From a virus (Duplodnaviria > Caudoviricetes), in the IMG/VR virus record IMGVR_UViG_3300031088_000782, positions 1 to 64,000 of that record: a stretch of 64,000 bases of DNA. One strand, written 5' to 3'. The first letter of the stretch is position 1; each line of letters opens with the position of its first letter. The translations under genes and the position numbers were made by a program. This document shows, piece after piece, positions 55,954 to 64,000 of the stretch. Below the pieces are notes generated by a model. That model did no database searches. It was given only the letters and a program-made list of their open reading frames with translations, and had not been told where the DNA came from.

Positions 55954-56286
55954 ATGAGCATATTAAAAAAATACGAAACAGACAACAGCCTTTATTTATT
56001 CATAGCTTTTCACAATTCATATGATGATTCAGTACAGGCATCACAAGCAAAACTTGAAAAACTAATGAAAGAAATTTTCAAAAATGATGAAAGATACCAT
56101 TTGATGTCTTCAGGTGAAGAAATAGAAGATAATGAGATTATTTATCGTTTTCAAAAACCACTCATGGCTTCTGAAAGAGAAACACTTGCTTTTTTCACAA
56201 AACTGAAATTAGTTTTTCAAATGACTTCAGAAATGTCGCCTCATTTCACTCAAATGACCGCAGAAGACAAAGGAGCTAATAAATAA
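55954..56286 (+). CDS. Hypothetical protein
   Basis: 110 aa; TAATG-coupled to the next gene. Confidence 0.7.
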   Translation: MSILKKYETDNSLYLFIAFHNSYDDSVQASQAKLEKLMKEIFKNDERYHLMSSGEEIEDNEIIYRFQKPLMASERETLAFFTKLKLVFQMTSEMSPHFTQMTAEDKGANK

Positions 56287-57572
56287 TGAATGCATTATTT
56301 ACTAAAGATAATTTAAAGAAACAATCAGCTGATTTTAGAATTGGTGCTATTATTTCTGATGGTATGTGGTATTCGCTCCCTAAGTGGAGAAAATTAGCTA
56401 AAGTTTCAGAAGAAGAAATTAACAAATGGATTGATGAAAAACTTGATGAAGGAGTTTTGATACAATCTCCCACAGGTGCAAAATCATATCGTTTCCCTTT
56501 GACTGAAATTTACAAATGGTATGACGAACATGAACTTCCTTTGGGTGTTCAACTGATTGATTCTATCTTCCCTCCACGAATTTGGGACGAAATGACAGAG
56601 ACAGAAGGTTTTCTTTCTGCTCCATTGAGGAAAATAGGAATCGTTTCTTTTTCTTGCGGCTCTGATGTTGCATTAGAGATAACTCAGGCATTAAGAGGAA
56701 TAGCAAAGATTAGAGAAACTGATCCCGGAAGATATAAAGCATATTCTTTAAGCTCATCTTATGTAAAAGAAATTATTGAAGATATCTTAAAAAAGCATGA
56801 GCCAATTTCTGCGAATAGAAAAATTTATTCAAGAGCTGAGTCGAAGCGAAGAGAGATGGTTGATTTTACTCCTGATTTCGCTCATGGTTTAGTAATGTTC
56901 TACAAGCAATTTGCAAAAACTTTGGTAAAGAAGTTTATGGATACAATTCAGATTTTTGTTCCTGATCCTGAAGATCAAGAATCTCAAATTCTCATTTGGG
57001 TGATTGCATCTATTGAAAAATTTGATGAATCAGCATCGGTTCCTTTCAGTGGCTATCTCAACAGTGTTCTTAACAGGAGACCTTTTGATCTTCCATCAGA
57101 TCATCTTGGCAAAGAATTAAGCTCGTTCCAAAGAAATCGTTCTCGTAGCATTAATGCCATGAAGAAACGTTTTGGTGAGGATAAGAACTTCACTAATGTG
57201 GAGATAGCTTCAGAGATGGGTATGGCACAGATCAAATTTAACGATTTGGAAGAAAAGCACAGAGTGTGGACACGATCAAGAAATACAACAACTCTTACTT
57301 GGGATGAGAATGCTGATGAGAAATCTATCGAATCTAATCTTTCTGGAGATTTCAGCGGTTCGGGTGATTCTGATATATTACTTGCAAACAAACTTTCACA
57401 ATCGGTTATACAAACAGCTATCAACACAGGTCTTTATGAAGATGCTTTTGCAATTATCAGCCAAATAGATCTTTCTGAAATCAATGTCAGTAAAATACAG
57501 TCGATTTCCGAACCTTTCATTCAAGAACTTGGATTTGTGTTAGGAGTTGAAGGAGAACAGCAAAATGGCTAA
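56286..57572 (+). CDS. Divergent sigma-70-like protein with N-terminal Xis/MerR-like HTH
   Basis: ESQILIWVIASIEKFDESASVPFSGYL (region 2-like), TNVEIASEMGM (region 3-like HTH), N-terminal YSLPKWRKLAKVSEEEINKW..YRFP. Confidence 0.5.
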   Translation: MNALFTKDNLKKQSADFRIGAIISDGMWYSLPKWRKLAKVSEEEINKWIDEKLDEGVLIQSPTGAKSYRFPLTEIYKWYDEHELPLGVQLIDSIFPPRIWDEMTETEGFLSAPLRKIGIVSFSCGSDVALEITQALRGIAKIRETDPGRYKAYSLSSSYVKEIIEDILKKHEPISANRKIYSRAESKRREMVDFTPDFAHGLVMFYKQFAKTLVKKFMDTIQIFVPDPEDQESQILIWVIASIEKFDESASVPFSGYLNSVLNRRPFDLPSDHLGKELSSFQRNRSRSINAMKKRFGEDKNFTNVEIASEMGMAQIKFNDLEEKHRVWTRSRNTTTLTWDENADEKSIESNLSGDFSGSGDSDILLANKLSQSVIQTAINTGLYEDAFAIISQIDLSEINVSKIQSISEPFIQELGFVLGVEGEQQNG

Positions 57573-58134
57573 AAGAGAACTAAACGATGAGCAGAAACAG
57601 TTCATAGAGGACACATTGAAATCACATGAGGATCTTGAGATGGCTGTGTCTGAAGGCAATTCTGACAAAGAGAAAGTTAAAATTGTCAAAGTTAAAAAAG
57701 AACGAGTTCCAGGATACAAAAATCCTGTTCACTGGCTTATCGCTGTTACCTCTCTCCCCGTTCTTCTCGTTATCGGATTCTTTGCTCTTTTGATGAGAGC
57801 AGAGCAATATCTTGGCGGAAAAGAAACCTTAGATTACCTTGTAGAGCATAACAAAGGCGAAGAAGGTAGAATGATAAGAGAAGTTGCTGTACAGGCAGGG
57901 CAAGGGTGGCTTCCAGGTTTTCTTACGGTCTATGAATACAGAACTGCTATTGTTGCAGCTCTTATCGCGCTATTTCTTGTAATAATTATTATGTTTGTAC
58001 TTATTGACAACAAAATTCATACTAAAAAAGATTCTGCTGTTGATGATAATAAAGAAAATGAAAATTTGGATTATTCAGAAGATCATAAAGAAAATACTGA
58101 AGAAGATTTTGAGACAAATGATAAAGAAAACTAA
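57565..58134 (+). CDS. Membrane protein
   Basis: Two TMs; GGAG RBS. Confidence 0.75.
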   Translation: MAKRELNDEQKQFIEDTLKSHEDLEMAVSEGNSDKEKVKIVKVKKERVPGYKNPVHWLIAVTSLPVLLVIGFFALLMRAEQYLGGKETLDYLVEHNKGEEGRMIREVAVQAGQGWLPGFLTVYEYRTAIVAALIALFLVIIIMFVLIDNKIHTKKDSAVDDNKENENLDYSEDHKENTEEDFETNDKEN

Positions 58135-58145
58135 TTGGAGAATGT

Positions 58146-58808
58146 ATGTTTGACAAAATAACCACTGGCAGAAAGAGATTACTAATAGTCCTGGGTATTG
58201 CTTTGATTCTTATTTTGGGAACAGGTGGATATTTTGCATGGTCTGCTTATTCAAATGATAAAAGCCAAACCGAAACTATTGAAAAAGAATCTGCTGATGG
58301 AAATGAATCCGCTAAGCAGGCAAAGAAAACCGTGAGTGGAAAATCTGCAAATCAAGACCGCAAAGATGCTTTGGAAGCAGCTGGTGAAATTCTGACTCTT
58401 GCCGCTAAATCAGACAAAGACATGACACCTGAAGAACGCGCTGAAGCTCTTGACAAGGGAGACACTTCAGTTGTTGACAAATCTTTGAGCAAAAGAATTA
58501 GACTCGCTGATGTGTATTCTGAAGAGGATATGAAAATCAATGTTTATCAGGCTTTGATTGCAATGACTAAGTATATTGCTGTAGATGGTAAAGTCAAACC
58601 TATTTCAGAAGATTCATGGCAAAACGTTTATGTCGATTCAGAAATTGGGGTCGCATATGTTCCTCTAACAACTTTCTATGAGAATGGAACAGTTTTTAGT
58701 TTCGAAATGGTTTATGTAGATGGAGAATGGAAATTCGCTCCATACTCCTTCATGGATATTGTCAAACTCTCAGCAAGCCTTCAAGATTCAGAAGAAAGTA
58801 GCGAATGA
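58146..58808 (+). CDS. Membrane-anchored hypothetical protein
   Basis: N-terminal TM; ends FEMVYVDGEWK (NTF2-like C-terminal pattern). Confidence 0.75.
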   Translation: MFDKITTGRKRLLIVLGIALILILGTGGYFAWSAYSNDKSQTETIEKESADGNESAKQAKKTVSGKSANQDRKDALEAAGEILTLAAKSDKDMTPEERAEALDKGDTSVVDKSLSKRIRLADVYSEEDMKINVYQALIAMTKYIAVDGKVKPISEDSWQNVYVDSEIGVAYVPLTTFYENGTVFSFEMVYVDGEWKFAPYSFMDIVKLSASLQDSEESSE

Positions 58809-58852
58809 GAGCCTATTTTTGAAGCATTAAAAGCTCTTTAAATTTCGTCCTG

Positions 58853-58903
58853 TAACGCTATACGAAAACATAGCATAAAACCTAACGTTTTCGTATAGCG
58901 TTA
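58853..58903. terminator. Hairpin/terminator
   Basis: 17-bp stem TAACGCTATACGAAAAC / GTTTTCGTATAGCGTTA. Confidence 0.7.
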
Positions 58904-59086
58904 TTGTGTTTTTCGAGAACTTTTTTGGAAAATTGCTTTTATAGTATCACCTATCATATTTTTGTTATTTTTCTCTCAAAATCCTTTCTGTGCTTTTTTA
59001 AACTCATTTTGAAAATTTGATTTTTGAAATTATTGCATAAGAAATTGATAAAATAAAAGTAACTGCCTATGACGAAAAGGATAAGT

Positions 59087-61372
59087 ATGAGCATCAAATT
59101 AAAAAGAGTTGAACTGTCTAATTTCAGAACACATGATCATATTGTGTTTTCACCTGAAAATGATGGAATAACAGCTATCAGTGGTCCTAATGGGTCGGGG
59201 AAATCTACTATTGTCGATTCTGTTGTTTGGGCTTTGTATGGAGTCAAGCCCCAAGGAGTAAGCAAAAATTCAGACTTAACAAAAAGTGATGTTAAATTAG
59301 AGAAAAATGGAAAAGAAGCTTTTGTTAGTGTCAATATTGTCATAGATGGCCAAGAACTGAAAATTAAAAGATTCTTCACTGATGGCGGAAAGCATGTGCA
59401 ATGCACTGTCTCAGAAACAGGAGTTGATGATAAAGGCATACCTTATGAAAATAAAAAAGCAGGAGATGCTGTTTCTGATGCTGAATCATACATTAGACAA
59501 ATTATGAAAATGGACAAAAAAGGATTTCTTGCGGCTATTCTCGTTCAGCAGAAACAAGTTGATAATCTTATTGCAGCAGGATCAAAAGAACGTGCACAAG
59601 TTATTGAAAAATTGATTGGTGTATCATCAATCACTAAGGCGTTAGATTCAGCAAGAGAGCATAATCGTGAACTTAAAAAAGAATTTGATTACATTGATGT
59701 AAATGAAGAAGATTTCGAAAAATTAAAAAAAGAAAAAGAAAAATCAGATAAAGACTTTGAAAAGAATCAGAAAATTCATGCAGACTTAAAAATCAAACTT
59801 AAAGAAATTATTGAAAAAACGAAAGAATCTAGAGAAAAACTAAATTCAGAAACTTCAAAAATAAATTCCGTAGAAGAATTTAATCAAATAGTTGTCACTT
59901 TGCAGGCTCAGATCAAAGCTCAGGAAGAAACTCTGGAAGCCGTCATAGTTGAGAAGAATAGCAAAAAAGAGCAATTGTCTCGTGCAGAAGCAGGAGCATC
60001 TATTGATGAACTCGAACCGCAAGTTCAAGAGCATAGAAGAAAGATAAGACAACTTGAGAACGAAAAATCATCTATGCAAAAAGATCTTGATGAAGCTAAA
60101 AAAGAATTGAAAAATGCTCAGGATTTGATTGAAAAATCTTCTATAAAAACTACCGAAGAAGCTGAGAGTGGATTAGCAAAGAAAGAAGCACAGCTCATTG
60201 CTATGATCAATAAATTAAACAATTCTCGTGCTGAAATCCTATCTTCTGATTCCGAAGTTAAAAAACTTGATAAAGCAATCAAAGTTTTGTCTAATGGTGA
60301 TGGGACATGCCCTACTTGTCTTCAGCATGTTGAAGATGTTTCGGATGCAATTAAGGTTCTCAACTCTCAAAAAGATGAGTTGTTGAGAAAAAAAGAAGAA
60401 GAAAAAGCCAATGTTGAAACATATGAAATCAATATTGAGAAAGTTAATCAAATTATTGAAAAATTTAATCAACTTATCGAAGCTATCAATATTGATGAAG
60501 TTCTTGCTGAAAGCATTACGGAAGATGAAAAAGAAATTCAAAAGCATTCAAGCATGATAAAGGTTTCAGAATCAGAATATGCTGCTTTTGACAAGGTTTA
60601 TCAAGCTGCGAAACGTAAAAGCGAGACAAAAGAAGAATATGACAGACTTCTTTCTCGTTCAAAGAACATCAGTAATGATATAAACACGAAAAACAAAGAG
60701 CTTGAGGAAGCACAAAAAGCCATCAAAGAGTCTGGTGTTATTAGTTCGTCTGCTTTGGAAAAACTTCGCAAAAATTTTGATGAATATTCAGCGAAATATA
60801 ATGATATCCGAGAGAAAGAAGGCAATGTCAGAGTTGACTTGAATGTTTCTGCTGAAAGATCGAAAAATCTTCAGGAAAAAGTTAACGAATACAAGAAACG
60901 ATTAGATCTTCATAGTGAGTTAGTAAAAACTTATGAAATTGCTACAACTACCACCAAAGTTCTTGAAGAATTCAGATCTGATAGAATAGATAATTCCATT
61001 CCAGTTATCGAAGTTTACGCTTCTGATTTGTTAAACCGTTTCACTGATGGAATGTTTACTAGATTGAAAATTGATTCAAAGTTCAATACCAAAGTCGTTC
61101 GATCTGACGGCAGGGAAGTTGCGGTAGGTTTGCTTTCAGGTGGAGAGCTTTCAGCAACAGCAATTGCTTTAAGATTGTCAATTTCAATGTTGTTGAATGG
61201 AGGAGGATCGGAAAATTTGATAATTCTTGATGAAGTTTTGGTTTCCCAAGATGATAACAGAGCAAGTCTTATTCTATCTACTATCAAAGAGGTTTGTAAA
61301 GGTCAAGTTATTCTTGTTGCCCATAATAGTGTAACTGACGAAATTTCAGATAAAGTGTTTGATTTGAGATGA
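59087..61372 (+). CDS. sbcC: SbcC/Rad50 SMC-family ATPase
   Basis: Walker A GPNGSGKST, Q-loop LVQQ, Zn-hook CPTC, signature LSGGE, Walker B ILDE, H-loop VAH. Confidence 0.92.
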   Translation: MSIKLKRVELSNFRTHDHIVFSPENDGITAISGPNGSGKSTIVDSVVWALYGVKPQGVSKNSDLTKSDVKLEKNGKEAFVSVNIVIDGQELKIKRFFTDGGKHVQCTVSETGVDDKGIPYENKKAGDAVSDAESYIRQIMKMDKKGFLAAILVQQKQVDNLIAAGSKERAQVIEKLIGVSSITKALDSAREHNRELKKEFDYIDVNEEDFEKLKKEKEKSDKDFEKNQKIHADLKIKLKEIIEKTKESREKLNSETSKINSVEEFNQIVVTLQAQIKAQEETLEAVIVEKNSKKEQLSRAEAGASIDELEPQVQEHRRKIRQLENEKSSMQKDLDEAKKELKNAQDLIEKSSIKTTEEAESGLAKKEAQLIAMINKLNNSRAEILSSDSEVKKLDKAIKVLSNGDGTCPTCLQHVEDVSDAIKVLNSQKDELLRKKEEEKANVETYEINIEKVNQIIEKFNQLIEAINIDEVLAESITEDEKEIQKHSSMIKVSESEYAAFDKVYQAAKRKSETKEEYDRLLSRSKNISNDINTKNKELEEAQKAIKESGVISSSALEKLRKNFDEYSAKYNDIREKEGNVRVDLNVSAERSKNLQEKVNEYKKRLDLHSELVKTYEIATTTTKVLEEFRSDRIDNSIPVIEVYASDLLNRFTDGMFTRLKIDSKFNTKVVRSDGREVAVGLLSGGELSATAIALRLSISMLLNGGGSENLIILDEVLVSQDDNRASLILSTIKEVCKGQVILVAHNSVTDEISDKVFDLR

Positions 61373-61460
61373 TATAAGTGAATTTTATAGGTTTTATCTG
61401 ATCTTTTCGGTGTTTGATATTAATATTTAAACACACAGTCCGTTTATTTGAGGAGTTTTA

Positions 61461-64000
61461 ATGTACAATATTTCTGAGTGGCCTGAATGGAATGCATGTC
61501 TCAATATTCTTTTGGATCCAGAGGTTTCCGAAATAGCAAGCAATGGGCCTAACAGTTTCTTCGTTGTGAAAAACGGAAAAAGAATAAAGTTAGACATTAA
61601 AGTTGCTTCCGAAGAGAAATATGCTGAAGGTGTTGAAAAAGGGCTTGTTCCCAAAGTAAAGACAACCAGGGACTTTGACATCAATGGTTATCTATTTGAA
61701 GGTAGGCTCACTTACAGCGCAGGTGGTACTGAAGTCATCGCTCGTTGTCACATTGGACTTTCTCCTTCAACTGTTACTCCACAAGTTTCCATTGCGAAAA
61801 AGAGTGCATCTTTACGTAATCTTGATTCAATTGCTTCACAAGGATCAATGAGTACAGAGATGATGAACTTTTTGAAAATGACTGTGGATGCGGGGTTGAC
61901 AACAGTGCTTTCAGGTGGAACCGGAGCCGGGAAAGAGGTACATAAAAATACTCTTATTCCAACCCCTTCAGGAATGCGAAAAGTTGATGATTTGAACATT
62001 GGTGATACAATTTTTGATGAAGTTGGTAAAAAAACCAAAATTGTTAACAAATATTCACCAAAAGATCCTAAACATTACAGATTGACATTCAATGATGGAA
62101 CAACTGTTGATGCGGGTATGGGGCATTTGTGGAAAGTATATGCACTGAACGAAAAAGTGAATTTCGGCCATAAATCTCATCCTATTCTTGATGAATCTCA
62201 AGTTGCTAATTTAAACAATATTCTTAATGAAGAAGAAGAATTTATTACTTTTTCTGAACTTAGAGAAAAAATTGGTGGAAATATCGACAAAACTGGATCT
62301 ATAAGAGAAACAGTCAAAGGTTTTGGCACAAAAGCAATTGATTTTTTTAATTTTGAGAAAGATTCAGTTGTTGAAAAAATCAAAAAATCAACAATCAATG
62401 AAAAAGATAAGAATGAAATCCTGAAAAGATTTAATACTGTTCAAGAGTCTTCTTTGTCTTTGAGAAAAGTGAAAGAACTTGTTGATAGCAGATATTTCGT
62501 TTCTAAGATTCTCCCCACTGAGCACAAAATTTCACAAGAAACAGTGTTTGTAAAGAAAGAAGTTGCTACACATCTTTTGAAAGATGACGAATTAAGAAAA
62601 GAAGCAAGAAAAAATCTTGACAAATCTTATCAAAGTGCTACTCGCCCTGTGAAAGTGATGACCACTCAAGAATTGGTTGATTATGGAGTAGTTAATAAAA
62701 AAGGGCGTTTAAATTTTGCTGTTGAAAGCTTACAGAATCCTGTTGAATACGATAAGCAAGATCTTCCTATTGATCCTTATACTCTAGGTGCCTGGTTAGG
62801 TGATGGATATTCAGCAACCGGAAGTATTTGCGGAATAGATAAAGAAGTTATTGAAAAAATTTATGAAAATGGGTTTAACTACAAAGAAAGACAGGATTTT
62901 AACGAAAGACAGAATATTCCTCTGAGTATTTGGACAGTTGAGGGTTTGAGTAAACTTCTCAGAGAAAACAATTTGAAGAACAATAAGCACATTCCAGAAA
63001 TTTACAAATATTCTTCTGTTAAACAAAGAATTCAATTACTTTCAGGATTGCTTGACACCGATGGGACTTTGGATTATCGTCGTGGAACAGTTCATGTTGG
63101 AATGACTGTTGAAAGCATTGTTAAAAACATGAGAGAAATAGTTTGCTCTCTCGGATGGCACGCTACTCCTGTTATTTCTCGTGAGAGAAGCTACAAAGCT
63201 GCTGACGGAACTAAAGTTGAGTGCAAGGATAGTTACGGCTTCAGTTTTGTTCCTGATGTTCAATTGTTTAATATTTCAAGAAAAGCGAAACTTCTGCATG
63301 AAAGATTAGGTAGAGATATTTCTCAGCAAGACAGACGAAACAGGCACTATATCAAAGATATTCAGTTGATTGAAGACGCTAAGGCCGAGGACTATTACTG
63401 CTTTGAAGTAGATTCAGCAACTCATATGTTCTTGTGCTCTGAGTCTTTCATTCCTACTCATAACACTACTATGCTTGAAGCCATGACTAAATTGTTCCCG
63501 AATGATTATAGAATTGCTGTTGCCGAGGATATTCCTGAACTTGTTCTTGTCCAGCCTAACGTCACTTATTGGGAGGCTGTTCCGTTTGTTCCTGGTATGG
63601 ATCCGAATGAAGTTGCCACTTTGCAGTGGGTTGTGAAGCAGTTCCAGCGTAATAGAAATGACAGAATCATCATTGGTGAGACTCGTGGCGCTGAGTTTTC
63701 TGAATTCTTAGTCGCTGCTAACTCTGGTAAAAACGGTTCTTTGACAACAATCCACGCTGATGATCCTGTATCATGCTTGAGAAAGATGACAAATTTTGCT
63801 ATTCAAGGTTTCGGAGGATTGAACATTCGTTCTGTTAACACTGAATTATCTACTGCTGTAAATATTATTGTACAGTTGAATAGGTTCCCTGACACTGGAA
63901 GGCACCGTGTGACTCAAATTCAAGAAGTTACACAAACTTTGAGTAATCAGGAGAATGCTCAAATTTCTACTCAACCTTTGTATTCTTATGATCCGTTGAG
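61461..64000 (+). CDS. cpaF: CpaF/TadA (VirB11-family) secretion ATPase with intein; 3' end beyond the window, so absent from the ORF track
   Basis: GAGGAG RBS; DPEVSEIASNG, SGGTGAGK|intein|TTML, VAEDIPEL, DRIIIGETRG, GSLTTIHA. I translated it open to the window end. Confidence 0.9.
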   Translation, partial: MYNISEWPEWNACLNILLDPEVSEIASNGPNSFFVVKNGKRIKLDIKVASEEKYAEGVEKGLVPKVKTTRDFDINGYLFEGRLTYSAGGTEVIARCHIGLSPSTVTPQVSIAKKSASLRNLDSIASQGSMSTEMMNFLKMTVDAGLTTVLSGGTGAGKEVHKNTLIPTPSGMRKVDDLNIGDTIFDEVGKKTKIVNKYSPKDPKHYRLTFNDGTTVDAGMGHLWKVYALNEKVNFGHKSHPILDESQVANLNNILNEEEEFITFSELREKIGGNIDKTGSIRETVKGFGTKAIDFFNFEKDSVVEKIKKSTINEKDKNEILKRFNTVQESSLSLRKVKELVDSRYFVSKILPTEHKISQETVFVKKEVATHLLKDDELRKEARKNLDKSYQSATRPVKVMTTQELVDYGVVNKKGRLNFAVESLQNPVEYDKQDLPIDPYTLGAWLGDGYSATGSICGIDKEVIEKIYENGFNYKERQDFNERQNIPLSIWTVEGLSKLLRENNLKNNKHIPEIYKYSSVKQRIQLLSGLLDTDGTLDYRRGTVHVGMTVESIVKNMREIVCSLGWHATPVISRERSYKAADGTKVECKDSYGFSFVPDVQLFNISRKAKLLHERLGRDISQQDRRNRHYIKDIQLIEDAKAEDYYCFEVDSATHMFLCSESFIPTHNTTMLEAMTKLFPNDYRIAVAEDIPELVLVQPNVTYWEAVPFVPGMDPNEVATLQWVVKQFQRNRNDRIIIGETRGAEFSEFLVAANSGKNGSLTTIHADDPVSCLRKMTNFAIQGFGGLNIRSVNTELSTAVNIIVQLNRFPDTGRHRVTQIQEVTQTLSNQENAQISTQPLYSYDPL
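61935..63464 (+). mobile_element. 510-aa intein with LAGLIDADG homing endonuclease, inserted in the P-loop (GK|T)
   Basis: Block A EVHKNTLIPTPSG, block B DAGMGHLW, blocks C/E LGAWLGDG and SGLLDTDG, block F YYCFEVDS..HMFL, block G PTHN|T. Confidence 0.92.

Noticed and set aside
12349-58870. AACGCTAT octamer in four intergenic regions (about 12355 on the minus strand, 15369, 44098, 58854)
   Set aside because: Flanks do not align and orientation and spacing to genes are inconsistent; a few chance hits are plausible in 64 kb.
61450-63300. Minus-strand ORFs listed in the track for 61.4-63.3 kb
   Set aside because: They are shadows of the + strand CpaF-intein ORF, which the track omits because it has no stop within the window.
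1-64000. tRNA, rRNA, IS/transposase, integrase and phage structural genes
   Set aside because: No T-loop/cloverleaf signatures, DDE/tyrosine/serine recombinase motifs or capsid/terminase motifs were recognised by eye; tRNAscan-SE and HMM scans would be needed to confirm absence.

Overview
AT-rich (roughly one-third GC by eye), gene-dense 64-kb segment, mostly coded on the + strand. It looks like part of a very large conjugative extrachromosomal element (megaplasmid or phage-plasmid-like) with Actinobacteria-type genes: class Ib nrdF/nrdH, nucS, PIN-PhoH, VKOR, PGPGW protein and TadE-like pilins. The left third (1-18.6 kb) is accessory: a frameshifted ADP-ribosyltransferase, a type II R-M pair, a Zn-repeat nuclease, nrdF, nucS, two orphan immunity-like genes and a TerY-like vWA gene. 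The middle (18.8-32 kb) is replication and nucleotide metabolism: Prim-pol Rep, rIIA-like GHKL ATPase, WYL, thyX, orn, nrdH, a GIY-YIG protein with a 9x Zn-ribbon array, and dnaG. The right half (32-64 kb) is a Gram-positive-type T4SS plus Tad-pilus transfer region with two sigma-70-family genes, sbcC, and a CpaF/TadA ATPase carrying a LAGLIDADG intein that runs off the window end. Top leads: (1) a recurrent GATATT upstream motif, possibly read by an element-encoded sigma factor with a degenerate region 4.2; (2) a shared H-C-C-H N-terminal tag on an ART toxin and an unrelated protein; (3) NrdH ending in a copy of the NrdF C-terminal docking peptide; (4) two nucleases fused to the same GNAT-like domain and to Zn-repeat arrays; (5) a class-3-type intein starting with Glu. 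No capsid/terminase genes, relaxase, tRNA, rRNA or CRISPR array were recognised. All assignments come from motif recognition by eye; no database searches were run.
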